DNA of 60,258 nt, from the NCBI GenBank assembly GCA_036558345.1, contig DATBFV010000215.1, forward strand, positions 1-60,258, read 5' to 3'. This document shows, in pieces, positions 18,135 to 26,774 of the stretch. The notes under the pieces were generated by a model that ran no database searches, was not told the origin of the DNA, and saw only the letters and a program-made list of their open reading frames with translations. Every line of letters begins with the position of its first letter. Within the stretch, counting starts at the first letter, position 1. The stretch comes from Gemmatimonadales bacterium (GTDB lineage: Bacteria; Gemmatimonadota; Gemmatimonadetes; Gemmatimonadales; GWC2-71-9). The position numbers were made by a program, and so were the translations under genes.

Positions 18135-19507
18135 TGGCGGGACTGCCTTACGCGCATCAGCACGCGCTGATAGTCGGAGCGCGACGACGGGGTCAGCCGG
18201 AAGCGGCTGAATCCGGTTTGGTCCTCGAAATACAGGGTTAGCCGCTGCGACGTGTATGTCCAGCGCAACACGCGCGTGCCGCTCCGTTCCACAGTGTTCG
18301 AAAGATCGATCATTTCATCGGGCTCGCCGAGCGTGATGAAGACCTCGCCGCGCTCCGTGAGCCATCCGGGCCCGCCTTCGTCCGGGAACCGGATGTTTGC
18401 CTGCTGCACGCGCCGGAAGTAGTCGTCCAGGGCCTCGTTTTCCGGCGTGAGCGGGACGGGATCGGTCCCCTTCCAGAAGTCGCGCCACACGTCGGGCCGG
18501 TGCTCGGGAGCCGAGCGTCTCAGCGAATCGACCCAATCTTGACGGTCGAAGTAACGCAACAGGCTCATCATTTCGTCGAAGTTGGTGATCACCCATTGAT
18601 TGGAAAAACTCACTAGAAACCGCGCGCGTGTGGTGTCCCCTGCGGCGACCGTCTCGAGCTCCGCCGCCCCGACCGGCAGCTTCGATGGCACTATCACGAT
18701 CGTGGCCCACGACACGTCCTGGCTGCCAGCGAGCGGTAAGCTGTCACGCCACAATTCGCGATTGCCGGCGTCGACGACGCGCGCTTCGATCGCCCCGATC
18801 TCGCTGTCCGCATCCTGCCCGCCGTAATGCTCGACGTAGAAGTGCATGGAGTCGGGACCGTAGGGCAGCGTCGCGCGCGGATTCGCGACGAGCCGTGGTG
18901 GAGCGCCGCGTTCCAGTCTGCCTTCGGCCGTGTAGACGGCCACCGGTCTACTGAGTCCCGGCCGGTCAAAGCGCGGCACTGTATCGATCCGCTCGGCCCG
19001 GGAAAAGGCCGGGCTATTGCGATCGCGCACGAGCGCGCCGACCGCATACACGCCCGGTGGCATCGTGATGAATTGTTGAAAGATGATACTCTCGTCATTG
19101 CGTAGCGTTTCCTGGAAATTCCGCACGCGCACCTGCTCGTCGCTCGAGATTTGGCGGACCGGTTGGAGATTGGTGCTGTCCTTCCAGAAGGACGCCTCGA
19201 CATGGTACTCGGCTACAAATTCGGCCTCGCCGCGGCGCTGAAACGTGAGCGTTTGATTGGTCAGCGACACCGAGAACAGTGCCAGCGTTGAATCCGGCAT
19301 CGGTCCGGCGAGATACCGGACTGAGGCGACGAACGGCAGAGTGCCACCCCCGACCAGCGCGCCCAGCGAGCGGTAGACCGCGGAAGCATCGAACAGACGC
19401 GGCGACGCCGCGCCGCGGCCCGGAGCGGGCGCAGGTCCTGACTGCAGCGCTCCACAACCACTCATGCTGAGTACGGCGGCAACCAGCAGCAGCGCCAGAC
19501 AGCGCAT
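18131..19507 (-). CDS. GWxTD-domain lipoprotein
   Basis: The C-terminal region ...YFRRVQQANIRFPDEGGPGWLTERGEVFITLGEPDE fits the GWxTD domain. The start is set at ATG 19507, giving MRCLALLLVAAVLSMSGC (lipobox). The stop overlaps the slt start by 4 nt. Confidence 0.75.
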   Translation of the reverse strand: MRCLALLLVAAVLSMSGCGALQSGPAPAPGRGAASPRLFDASAVYRSLGALVGGGTLPFVASVRYLAGPMPDSTLALFSVSLTNQTLTFQRRGEAEFVAEYHVEASFWKDSTNLQPVRQISSDEQVRVRNFQETLRNDESIIFQQFITMPPGVYAVGALVRDRNSPAFSRAERIDTVPRFDRPGLSRPVAVYTAEGRLERGAPPRLVANPRATLPYGPDSMHFYVEHYGGQDADSEIGAIEARVVDAGNRELWRDSLPLAGSQDVSWATIVIVPSKLPVGAAELETVAAGDTTRARFLVSFSNQWVITNFDEMMSLLRYFDRQDWVDSLRRSAPEHRPDVWRDFWKGTDPVPLTPENEALDDYFRRVQQANIRFPDEGGPGWLTERGEVFITLGEPDEMIDLSNTVERSGTRVLRWTYTSQRLTLYFEDQTGFSRFRLTPSSRSDYQRVLMRVRQSRQ

Positions 19508-19553
19508 CACTTGCCGAGCTTCAAAGCCGGACGTTAGTTTCGCCAAATCCCAC

Positions 19554-20468
19554 ATGGCCCTCGAAAACCTGGCCGGCAGGTCTATCGCCGGCTACCGCCT
19601 CCTCGAGCGCGTCGGCGAAGGAGGAACGGCGGAAGTGTACCGCGCCGATCATCCCGAACGCGGCGCCTGTGCGTTCAAGGTATTGCGCGAGCGTCTCAGG
19701 AGCGACCCCACTGTGGTCAAACGCTTCCTGCGAGAGGCCGGCTACGGCTCCCGCGTAGTGCATCCCGGTGTGGTTCGCACCTACGACTTCGGCGAAGCGG
19801 ATGGCTTGGACTACCTCGCTCTCGAATGGGCCAACGGCGAACCGCTCGCCGATTTCTTACATCGTGAAGGACCGCTTGCGCCCGCAGACGCCGTCGCGCT
19901 TGTTCGACAACTCGCCGATGCGCTGGCGGCGGCGCACGCCGCAGGCATCATTCATCGCGATCTGAAACCAGAAAACATCATGTACGACCCGCGCACGCGC
20001 ACCGTGAAGCTGCTCGATTTTGGCATCGCGCGAGATGCGGAGGAGCCGGCGGCGGAGCGGCTGACGCGCACCGGGTTCTTCGTCGGCACGTTGCAGTACG
20101 TCGCACCGGAAGCGCTCTCCGGCCAGCTCGTCGATGGTCGCGCGGACATCTATTCCCTGGCCAAGATCACCTATTACATGCTCACCGGACGCCATCCGCA
20201 CGATGGGCGCAGCCCCCGCGAGCTGTTCCAGCAGCTGTTGAACGGAAAACCGACGCCGCTGTCGCAGGCCAGCGACCAAAAATTTCCAGCTGCGCTCGAA
20301 GCGGCGGTGATGAAGGGCCTTGCGCGCCAGCCGGACGATCGTCAGCCGACAGTCACGGCGTTCGCGGACGAGTTGGAAGCGGGCCTCGCGAAGTCGAAGG
20401 ACGCGGGCCGTTCGCGCGGGTTCCTCGGAGCCCTCAAAAACATCGTAAACAAGCGTCAAAGTGAATAG
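19554..20468 (+). CDS. Ser/Thr protein kinase, bare catalytic domain
   Basis: GEGGTAEVY, HRDLKPENI, DFGIA and YVAPE. 304 aa with no TM or sensor domain. Confidence 0.9.
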   Translation: MALENLAGRSIAGYRLLERVGEGGTAEVYRADHPERGACAFKVLRERLRSDPTVVKRFLREAGYGSRVVHPGVVRTYDFGEADGLDYLALEWANGEPLADFLHREGPLAPADAVALVRQLADALAAAHAAGIIHRDLKPENIMYDPRTRTVKLLDFGIARDAEEPAAERLTRTGFFVGTLQYVAPEALSGQLVDGRADIYSLAKITYYMLTGRHPHDGRSPRELFQQLLNGKPTPLSQASDQKFPAALEAAVMKGLARQPDDRQPTVTAFADELEAGLAKSKDAGRSRGFLGALKNIVNKRQSE

Positions 20469-21048
20469 TAGTAGCGACTACTACTACCTGCGGAATACGC
20501 TCAAGGATCTGCTCCTCGCCCGCTCGGTACGCCGGGGCGATTTCGTACTCTCCTCCGGACGGCGCTCATCGGTCTACGTCGACGCACGGCGCACGACGAT
20601 GTCGGGCGATGGCCTCGCGGTCGTGGGCGGCCTGGGTCTCGACCGGCTGGCTGCGCGCGGTTGGAGTCCGCGCGCGGTGGGTGGGCTTACGCTCGGCGCG
20701 GATCCGATTGCCTATGCGCTCGCGTTGACGGCGCGGCAGCGCGGCGAACTGCTCGACGCGTTTACGGTCCGAAAGCAACTGAAGGATCACGGCACCGGCC
20801 AACGCATCGAGGGGTGCTTCGCCGCGGGCTACCCTGTCGTCATCGTCGAGGACGTGCTCACGACCGGCGGCTCGGCACGCGAGGCGATCAGCGTGGTACA
20901 GCGTCAGGGTGGACACGTGCTCGGCGTCATGGCGGTGCTGGATCGGGAAGAGGGGGGCCGCGAGGCCATCGAGCGCGAGGGGTTTCTGGTCGAAGCCTTG
21001 CTGACTGCCTCTGATCTCGGCTTGGGCACCACAGGGCCGACCCCATGA
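20461..21048 (+). CDS. pyrE: orotate phosphoribosyltransferase
   Basis: [14 protein letters not shown] and the PRPP loop [13 protein letters not shown]. The only in-frame start is GTG 20461, which overlaps the kinase stop by 8 nt. Confidence 0.9.
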   Translation: MNSSSDYYYLRNTLKDLLLARSVRRGDFVLSSGRRSSVYVDARRTTMSGDGLAVVGGLGLDRLAARGWSPRAVGGLTLGADPIAYALALTARQRGELLDAFTVRKQLKDHGTGQRIEGCFAAGYPVVIVEDVLTTGGSAREAISVVQRQGGHVLGVMAVLDREEGGREAIEREGFLVEALLTASDLGLGTTGPTP

Positions 21049-22736
21049 CCGAACCGCGCCGTCTCTCCTTCGCCGCTCGCGCGCGTGGCTGGCACGACGA
21101 CGCGACCGCGCTCGAGCAGCGCTTCAAAGATCTCGAGACTTTCGAGCGCAGCCATCGTCGCCGCTGGGCGATCGCGGCCGCGCTCTTCGTCATCGGCATC
21201 CTGGGCAAACTCGGTGGACTCACCGACATCCGTTTTTCGACGATCGTGTTGTTCGCGGGCGGGGCCGCGGTGGTGAATGCGATCGTCGGCCTGATCAATG
21301 AGCGGGGGTGGTATCGCTGGTGGTTCATCTATATGCTGCCGCTCCTCGACGTCCTGCTCGTGAACGTGCTCGCGCTTTGGTTCGGGCACGGCGGCGTTGT
21401 CGCCGCGCTGTTTATCGCCGTGCTGCCCTACGCGTTCGATCAGGGGCAGGCGGTCGGTGACTTCCTCGTGCTCGTCGCCTCCATCGCCTATCTGCTCGCC
21501 AGTTGGGCGCACGGACGACTGTCCGCGGGCGCCAGTGGCCTCGACACGACCGCGTTCCTCGAGACCGGCGTGTTCATCATCGTGGCGATGGCCCTCAAAC
21601 GAATCCCCGCCACACTCATTCAGCGCATTCGTCGCGCCCGCAGCGTCATGGGCGAAGCGGAGCAGGGATTTCTCGCCGTACGCGCGGCGGCGGCGGAAGC
21701 CGACGAGCTCGGGTTTCTGGAAAGAAGCTTCAACCGCATGCTCGAGGAAATCGGCACGACGATTTCCTCGGTGCAGCGTGAAGCCGACGAGGTGGCAGCG
21801 TTCGCCGAGGAGCTCGCTGCGGCCGCTGAGCAGCTTCACGCCACGACCGAGACGTTGACACAGACATCGCAGCAACTTGCCGGCGATCTCGGTCACCAGC
21901 GCGGCCTGGCAGATGGGGCGCGCGGCGAAAGCGCGAAGGCCGCCGATCAAGCCGAGTCGCTACGCGTCCGGGCCGAGCTCATGCAGGTCGATGCCTCCCG
22001 GCTCGTGGGCGCGGCAGAGCGCGGGCGCGAACGCGTCGCCCGTGCCAGCGCGACGCTGCGCGCCGTGGGCGAAGAGGTGCGCGCGACCGCGTCGACGGTC
22101 GCCGGTCTATCCGGCATGTCGGAGCGGATCGGCGTCTTTGCGCAAACGATTTCGCGTATCGCGCGGCAGACGCACCTGCTCGCGCTCAATGCGGCGATCG
22201 AAGCGGCGCGCGCGGAAGAGCACGGCGAGGGATTCGCCGTCGTCGCCGACGAAGTGCGAACGCTCGCCGCCGAAGCAGGGAAGTCGGCGCGTGAAGTCGC
22301 CGAGCTCGTCAGCGACCTGCGAACCGGCATCGAAGCGGCGGCTCGTGCCATGCAGTCGGGTGAGGCCAAGGTCCGCGACATCGGCGGCGTCGCGGCTGAA
22401 GCCGACGGTGCACTGCAAGAGCTGCATCAAGGCGTACAGCTGATGGGCGACCTCGTGAATGCCACCGCCGAGGTGTCGCGCAGCCAGGCACATCGACTGG
22501 CCGAGCTGGCACAGTCGTTACAGCAAGTCGCCAGTATCTCGACAGCTTCCTCTGAAAGCGCCAACAGTACGGCCGCGGCGACGGAAGCGCAGATCACCTC
22601 TATGGGCGAACTCACGGCGACGTCCCAGCAACTCGCCCAGCTCGCCGAGCGGCTGCGCAGCGGCATGGCGCGCTTCTCCGTGCTGCGGCGCGATCAACGC
22701 ACGCGGGAAGACGAGGTACGACCCGCCGCAGACTAA
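21045..22736 (+). CDS. methyl-accepting chemotaxis protein with a multi-TM N-terminus
   Basis: About 6 TM helices, then a HAMP-like [13 protein letters not shown], then the signalling hairpin [39 protein letters not shown] overlap with pyrE. Confidence 0.9.
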   Translation: MTEPRRLSFAARARGWHDDATALEQRFKDLETFERSHRRRWAIAAALFVIGILGKLGGLTDIRFSTIVLFAGGAAVVNAIVGLINERGWYRWWFIYMLPLLDVLLVNVLALWFGHGGVVAALFIAVLPYAFDQGQAVGDFLVLVASIAYLLASWAHGRLSAGASGLDTTAFLETGVFIIVAMALKRIPATLIQRIRRARSVMGEAEQGFLAVRAAAAEADELGFLERSFNRMLEEIGTTISSVQREADEVAAFAEELAAAAEQLHATTETLTQTSQQLAGDLGHQRGLADGARGESAKAADQAESLRVRAELMQVDASRLVGAAERGRERVARASATLRAVGEEVRATASTVAGLSGMSERIGVFAQTISRIARQTHLLALNAAIEAARAEEHGEGFAVVADEVRTLAAEAGKSAREVAELVSDLRTGIEAAARAMQSGEAKVRDIGGVAAEADGALQELHQGVQLMGDLVNATAEVSRSQAHRLAELAQSLQQVASISTASSESANSTAAATEAQITSMGELTATSQQLAQLAERLRSGMARFSVLRRDQRTREDEVRPAAD

Positions 22737-23611
22737 CCCGTCCGGAAGACCACTGCGGCGTTCGGGCCTTGGTCCCACGACCCCGCGTTGAAGGGGTGAA
22801 ACGCACGCAGGGCCTCCCGGTACGGGGTGATCAACAAATCGATGTATCGCGCCAGCGCCGCGTCGAACGAAAACCGCTGCCGAAACTCTGTCGCGGTCAC
22901 GCCCAGCACAGCGCGTAGATGTCGACCGAAGCTTTGCGGTGATGAATAGTCCATCCGGTACGCCACGTCCGAGACCGAGAGCCCCGGATTCTGAAAGAGG
23001 AAAGCGGCGTGGAGCAGGCGCATGCCGGCGAGATAACTCTTGGGCGACGGCATGCCGGCGCGGTGAAAGCGCGACATGAGTGTACTCGGTCGCACGCGCA
23101 GGTGACGCGCGAGACCTCGCACCGTGCTGAGCGCCGGCGCCAGCCGCGCGATCGCTTCAAAGAACAGGCAGGTCTCCTCGGACGGCGTGGGCTCGGGCGC
23201 ACGGCCCAGCGCTGGAATCACCCGGGCCAGAATCCGGGCCGCCACCGGCGATGCTGGATGCCCCACGAGGTCACGCAGTCGTCGCCAACCGTCGGGGTCG
23301 GTACAGTCCACCGCGTTCCGCACGCCGGTCGCGCCGAGGCGAAGCAGGGTTTCCGTGGCTTCGCGGTCGTGGCGCGAGACGAGTGCAACCGCGGGGATGG
23401 CGGGGAACTCACGCACGAATCGCGCGATGCCGGGAAGCGCCTCGCCCTGGCAGCGGTGGACGGAGATGATGACCGCGTCGACCCGGCGACGCCGGGCGAC
23501 ATACAGCGCTTCCCGCAGCGAGTCGGCGTGCAGTGCGTTGAAGCAGCCGTCTCCGGCGGCATCGAGCCGTGGCCGCTCCGGCGGAGGCAGCACCGTACAC
23601 ACGGTAACCAT
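22733..23611 (-). CDS. AraC-family regulator with receiver-like N-domain
   Basis: The C-terminal HTH pair is [20 protein letters not shown] ... [32 protein letters not shown]. The N-terminus has a CheY-like beta-alpha pattern. Confidence 0.8.
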   Translation of the reverse strand: MVTVCTVLPPPERPRLDAAGDGCFNALHADSLREALYVARRRRVDAVIISVHRCQGEALPGIARFVREFPAIPAVALVSRHDREATETLLRLGATGVRNAVDCTDPDGWRRLRDLVGHPASPVAARILARVIPALGRAPEPTPSEETCLFFEAIARLAPALSTVRGLARHLRVRPSTLMSRFHRAGMPSPKSYLAGMRLLHAAFLFQNPGLSVSDVAYRMDYSSPQSFGRHLRAVLGVTATEFRQRFSFDAALARYIDLLITPYREALRAFHPFNAGSWDQGPNAAVVFRTG

Positions 23612-23712
23612 GGGCCATCACGGTAATCGTGACGCTTCAACGGGAGATCATCGATTTTGCATTGCGCGCGCGGCGCGAGGAGGCGAATTTCCGGCGGAGC
23701 CTCGTCAAAAAA

Positions 23713-24147
23713 ATGCTCACGCGAAATTGCCTGCTTCGGTCACTCGGCTGGGCACTCACGCTCACGCTTGGCTGCGACGCGCTCCCCAAGTTTCAACTGC
23801 AGCTGCAACAGGAACTCCAGCGCGAGTTCCACGTCGCGCAGGCCATGGTTGTAGTGGTCGACACGACGCACATGGTAGTGGCGGTCTTCGACGACGCTCG
23901 CGCATCCCTCGAGCCCAAGGCGCACGTCGCGTTTGCCGAGCAACTGGCCCAGTATGCCGTCACGCACTACCAACGGACCCGGCTCAAGACCATCGGCGTG
24001 ATGATCAGCCGGGCGACAAAGCGCGGCAGCGGCAACGAGCCGGAGCCGACGCTGTTCGTGCCGGAGTATCACCCCGATGGCACGGTTCGATTGGCGTTGA
24101 TGCCAAATACGCGTGCGACGAGGGCACCGGTGACGCGTAAGCAATGA
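23713..24147 (+). CDS. hypothetical lipoprotein
   Basis: ATG 23713 gives MLTRNCLLRSLGWALTLTLGC (lipobox LTLGC). No family recognised. Confidence 0.55.
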   Translation: MLTRNCLLRSLGWALTLTLGCDALPKFQLQLQQELQREFHVAQAMVVVVDTTHMVVAVFDDARASLEPKAHVAFAEQLAQYAVTHYQRTRLKTIGVMISRATKRGSGNEPEPTLFVPEYHPDGTVRLALMPNTRATRAPVTRKQ

Positions 24148-24160
24148 GCGGCCACTCCGC

Positions 24161-24664
24161 ATGAGCTCCAAGCGGCTGCTGCTCACGTTTTCCGCGGTGG
24201 TCGCGATTCTTATGGTGGCTGGCGCGGTCAGTTTCGTGCGCTACGCCCGGCGCCATGCGCTCAACCCGAGGCTCGCCGCGGTCGCGCCGTTCGACATCTT
24301 CGTCCCGGGGCTCGAGGCCTGGCGCGTGCGCCTGGCGGTGGGCCTGACGATGCAGCTCGACAGCATGCCGCCGCTCGCCGCGGTATCCCAGGATGTCGTG
24401 CGCGAACGTTGGCGTGGGCAGGCGCGGTCCGAGATCGCCGCGCTGGATCTGGCGCGCAGCACGAGCGCCGGCCTGGCGATTTATGGCCGGCTCGACCCGA
24501 TGGTCACGGGCCGCGACTCGGTGCGCGTGCAGCTCATCGGCGTCGAGGCGGGTAGCGGCGAGGTTGTCGTCCGCGCGGATCGGTCTTGGGCCGTCGCCGA
24601 TCTCGAGGCGTTGCCTCGGGCGCTCGCAGAGCAGGTTCGCGCGAACTATCGATATCCGCAGTGA
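24161..24664 (+). CDS. hypothetical membrane-anchored protein
   Basis: One N-terminal TM (LLLTFSAVVAILMVAGAVSF) followed by a soluble domain of about 130 aa. It lies directly upstream of a kinase gene. Confidence 0.6.
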   Translation: MSSKRLLLTFSAVVAILMVAGAVSFVRYARRHALNPRLAAVAPFDIFVPGLEAWRVRLAVGLTMQLDSMPPLAAVSQDVVRERWRGQARSEIAALDLARSTSAGLAIYGRLDPMVTGRDSVRVQLIGVEAGSGEVVVRADRSWAVADLEALPRALAEQVRANYRYPQ

Positions 24665-24732
24665 CTGACCCGTTTGCGGAACTGAACGCGGCCCCTTCCG
24701 TTTTCGACCCATGAGCCGCCTATTCTGCCGTG

Positions 24733-25584
24733 ATGGCTCGCGAGCTCATCAACCGGGTCCGCCAAGCGCTCGGCGCACGCTATAACGTCATCACCGAGGT
24801 GGCGCGCGGCGGGAACGCCACGCTGTACGGAGCCCTCGATCAGGAGGGTCGCAAGGTCGCGATCAAAGTGCTACACCCGGAGTTGGCCGTGTCGGTTGCG
24901 GCAGACCGCTTCCTGCGTGAGATCCGCTACGCCTCGACGCTCCACCACCCACATATCGCGCCGCTGCTCGACTCCGGTGAAAGCGACTACCTGCTGTGGT
25001 TTGTAATGCCGTTCGTCGCGGGAGAAACCCTGCGCCAGGTGCTGCGTCGCGAGCGCATGCTGCCCGTCGACCGGGCCGTCCGGGTGGCCAACGAAGTCCT
25101 CGAGGCGCTCGGCCACGCCCACGCCCACGGCTTTGCCCATCGCGATATCAAGCCGGACAACATCGTGCTGTCGGCCGAAGGCAATGGAGCGGTGTTGGTC
25201 GACTTCGGGATCGCGCGCGCCATCGCCAGCTCGGGCGAAGATCGCGTCACCCGCAGCGGCTTCGTCGTGGGCACCGAGGAATACATGAGTCCCGAACAGG
25301 CGGGTGGCTCTCCGGACATCGACGGCCGCACTGACATCTACTCGCTCGGGATCGTGCTGTTCGAGGCGCTGGCTGGCCGGCCGCCGTTTTCCGCGGCGAG
25401 CGCCGCCGCCGTGCTCGACATGCAGCAGCACGCCAACCCACCGGACTTGCGCAAACTGCGGCGCGACGTGCCTCGCGACCTTAGCGATGCCATTCTGAAG
25501 GCGCTCTCCAAGGCGCGAGAGGCGCGCTGGCAGACTGCGTCCGACATGCGCCAGGCCCTGCTTCCTTACGCGGTGGTGAAATGA
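24733..25584 (+). CDS. Ser/Thr protein kinase, bare catalytic domain
   Basis: VAIKVL, HRDIKPDNI, DFGIA and MSPEQ. About 283 aa with no TM. A GTG at 24730 is also possible. Confidence 0.9.
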   Translation: MARELINRVRQALGARYNVITEVARGGNATLYGALDQEGRKVAIKVLHPELAVSVAADRFLREIRYASTLHHPHIAPLLDSGESDYLLWFVMPFVAGETLRQVLRRERMLPVDRAVRVANEVLEALGHAHAHGFAHRDIKPDNIVLSAEGNGAVLVDFGIARAIASSGEDRVTRSGFVVGTEEYMSPEQAGGSPDIDGRTDIYSLGIVLFEALAGRPPFSAASAAAVLDMQQHANPPDLRKLRRDVPRDLSDAILKALSKAREARWQTASDMRQALLPYAVVK

Positions 25585-26774
25585 CAACGCGCGCGCTCTT
25601 GGTTGGCTTGTATCTCACGGCCACTTCGGGCTCCGCTCAGGCTCGCCCACGGGCGCGCGATCTCGGCGTTCCGTTCGGCGGCACACCCGGTCCACTCAAT
25701 GCCATCACTGACGTCGCCGGCGTGACGGTCGGACACAGCACGATCATTCGCGGAGAAGGGAAGCTCGTCGTCGGGCAGGGTCCGGTCCGCACCGGTGTGA
25801 CGGCCGTGTTCCCCCGCGGCGCGACGAACGGCGACCCGGTGTTCGGCGGCTGGTTCACGCTGAACGGCAACGGCGAAATGACGGGCACCACCTGGCTCGA
25901 GGAGTCGGGCTTCCTCGCCGGGCCGATCATGATCACCAATACCCACAGCGTCGGGATCGTGCGTGATGCCGTCATCGAGTGGCTCGTGCGCAAGGGATTC
26001 GAGTTCGACTGGTCGCTGCCGATCGTCGCCGAAACGTGGGATGGGTCGCTGAACGACATCAACGGGTTCCACGTGACGAAAGAGAATGCCTTTGCAGCGC
26101 TGGACAGCGCGCGCGGAGGTGCGGTGGCCGAGGGCAGCGTGGGCGGCGGCACGGGAATGATCTGCAATCAGTTCAAAGGCGGTATCGGCACGTCGTCGCG
26201 ACGGCTCCCCACCCCACTCGGGGGGTACACGGTCGGTGTGCTGGTGCAATGCAACTACGGCTCGCGCGCGCGGCTTTCGATTGCCGGCGTTCCCGTGGGG
26301 CAGGAGATCCCCGATCTGTTGCCGTGCCGTGATTCCATTCCGGGCGTTCCACTCCCCGCGAACGGACGTCGCTGTGCGAACGCGGACAAAGGCTCGATCA
26401 TCATCGTGATCGCCACCGACGCCCCGCTTCTGCCGCACCAACTCAAGCGCATCGCCAAGCGCGCGTCGCTTGGCGTCGGCCGACTCGGCGGTCTGGGCGC
26501 CGATCCCTCCGGCGACATCTTCGTCGCGTTCTCGACCGCCAACCCCGGCGCCGCCAAGCCCGACGCGAACGTCACCGTGACGATGCTGCCGAATGAACGC
26601 ATCACGCCGCTGTTCGAGGCGACGGTCGACGCGACGGAGGAAGCCATCGTCAATGCGATGGTAGCCGCGGAAACGATGAGCGGCGCGAACGGCATGCGCG
26701 TCTACGGGCTGCCCCATGACCGTTTGCGCGCCGCGTTACGGAAGTACAATCGACTGGTCGAGCCGCGCCGGTGA
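25581..26774 (+). CDS. DmpA/P1-family (S58) aminopeptidase, secreted
   Basis: Signal peptide, then NAITDVAGVTVGH and GGGTGMICNQFKGGIGTSS, typical of L-aminopeptidase/D-esterase DmpA-like proteins. ATGA overlap with the kinase stop. Confidence 0.8.
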   Translation: MTTRALLVGLYLTATSGSAQARPRARDLGVPFGGTPGPLNAITDVAGVTVGHSTIIRGEGKLVVGQGPVRTGVTAVFPRGATNGDPVFGGWFTLNGNGEMTGTTWLEESGFLAGPIMITNTHSVGIVRDAVIEWLVRKGFEFDWSLPIVAETWDGSLNDINGFHVTKENAFAALDSARGGAVAEGSVGGGTGMICNQFKGGIGTSSRRLPTPLGGYTVGVLVQCNYGSRARLSIAGVPVGQEIPDLLPCRDSIPGVPLPANGRRCANADKGSIIIVIATDAPLLPHQLKRIAKRASLGVGRLGGLGADPSGDIFVAFSTANPGAAKPDANVTVTMLPNERITPLFEATVDATEEAIVNAMVAAETMSGANGMRVYGLPHDRLRAALRKYNRLVEPRR

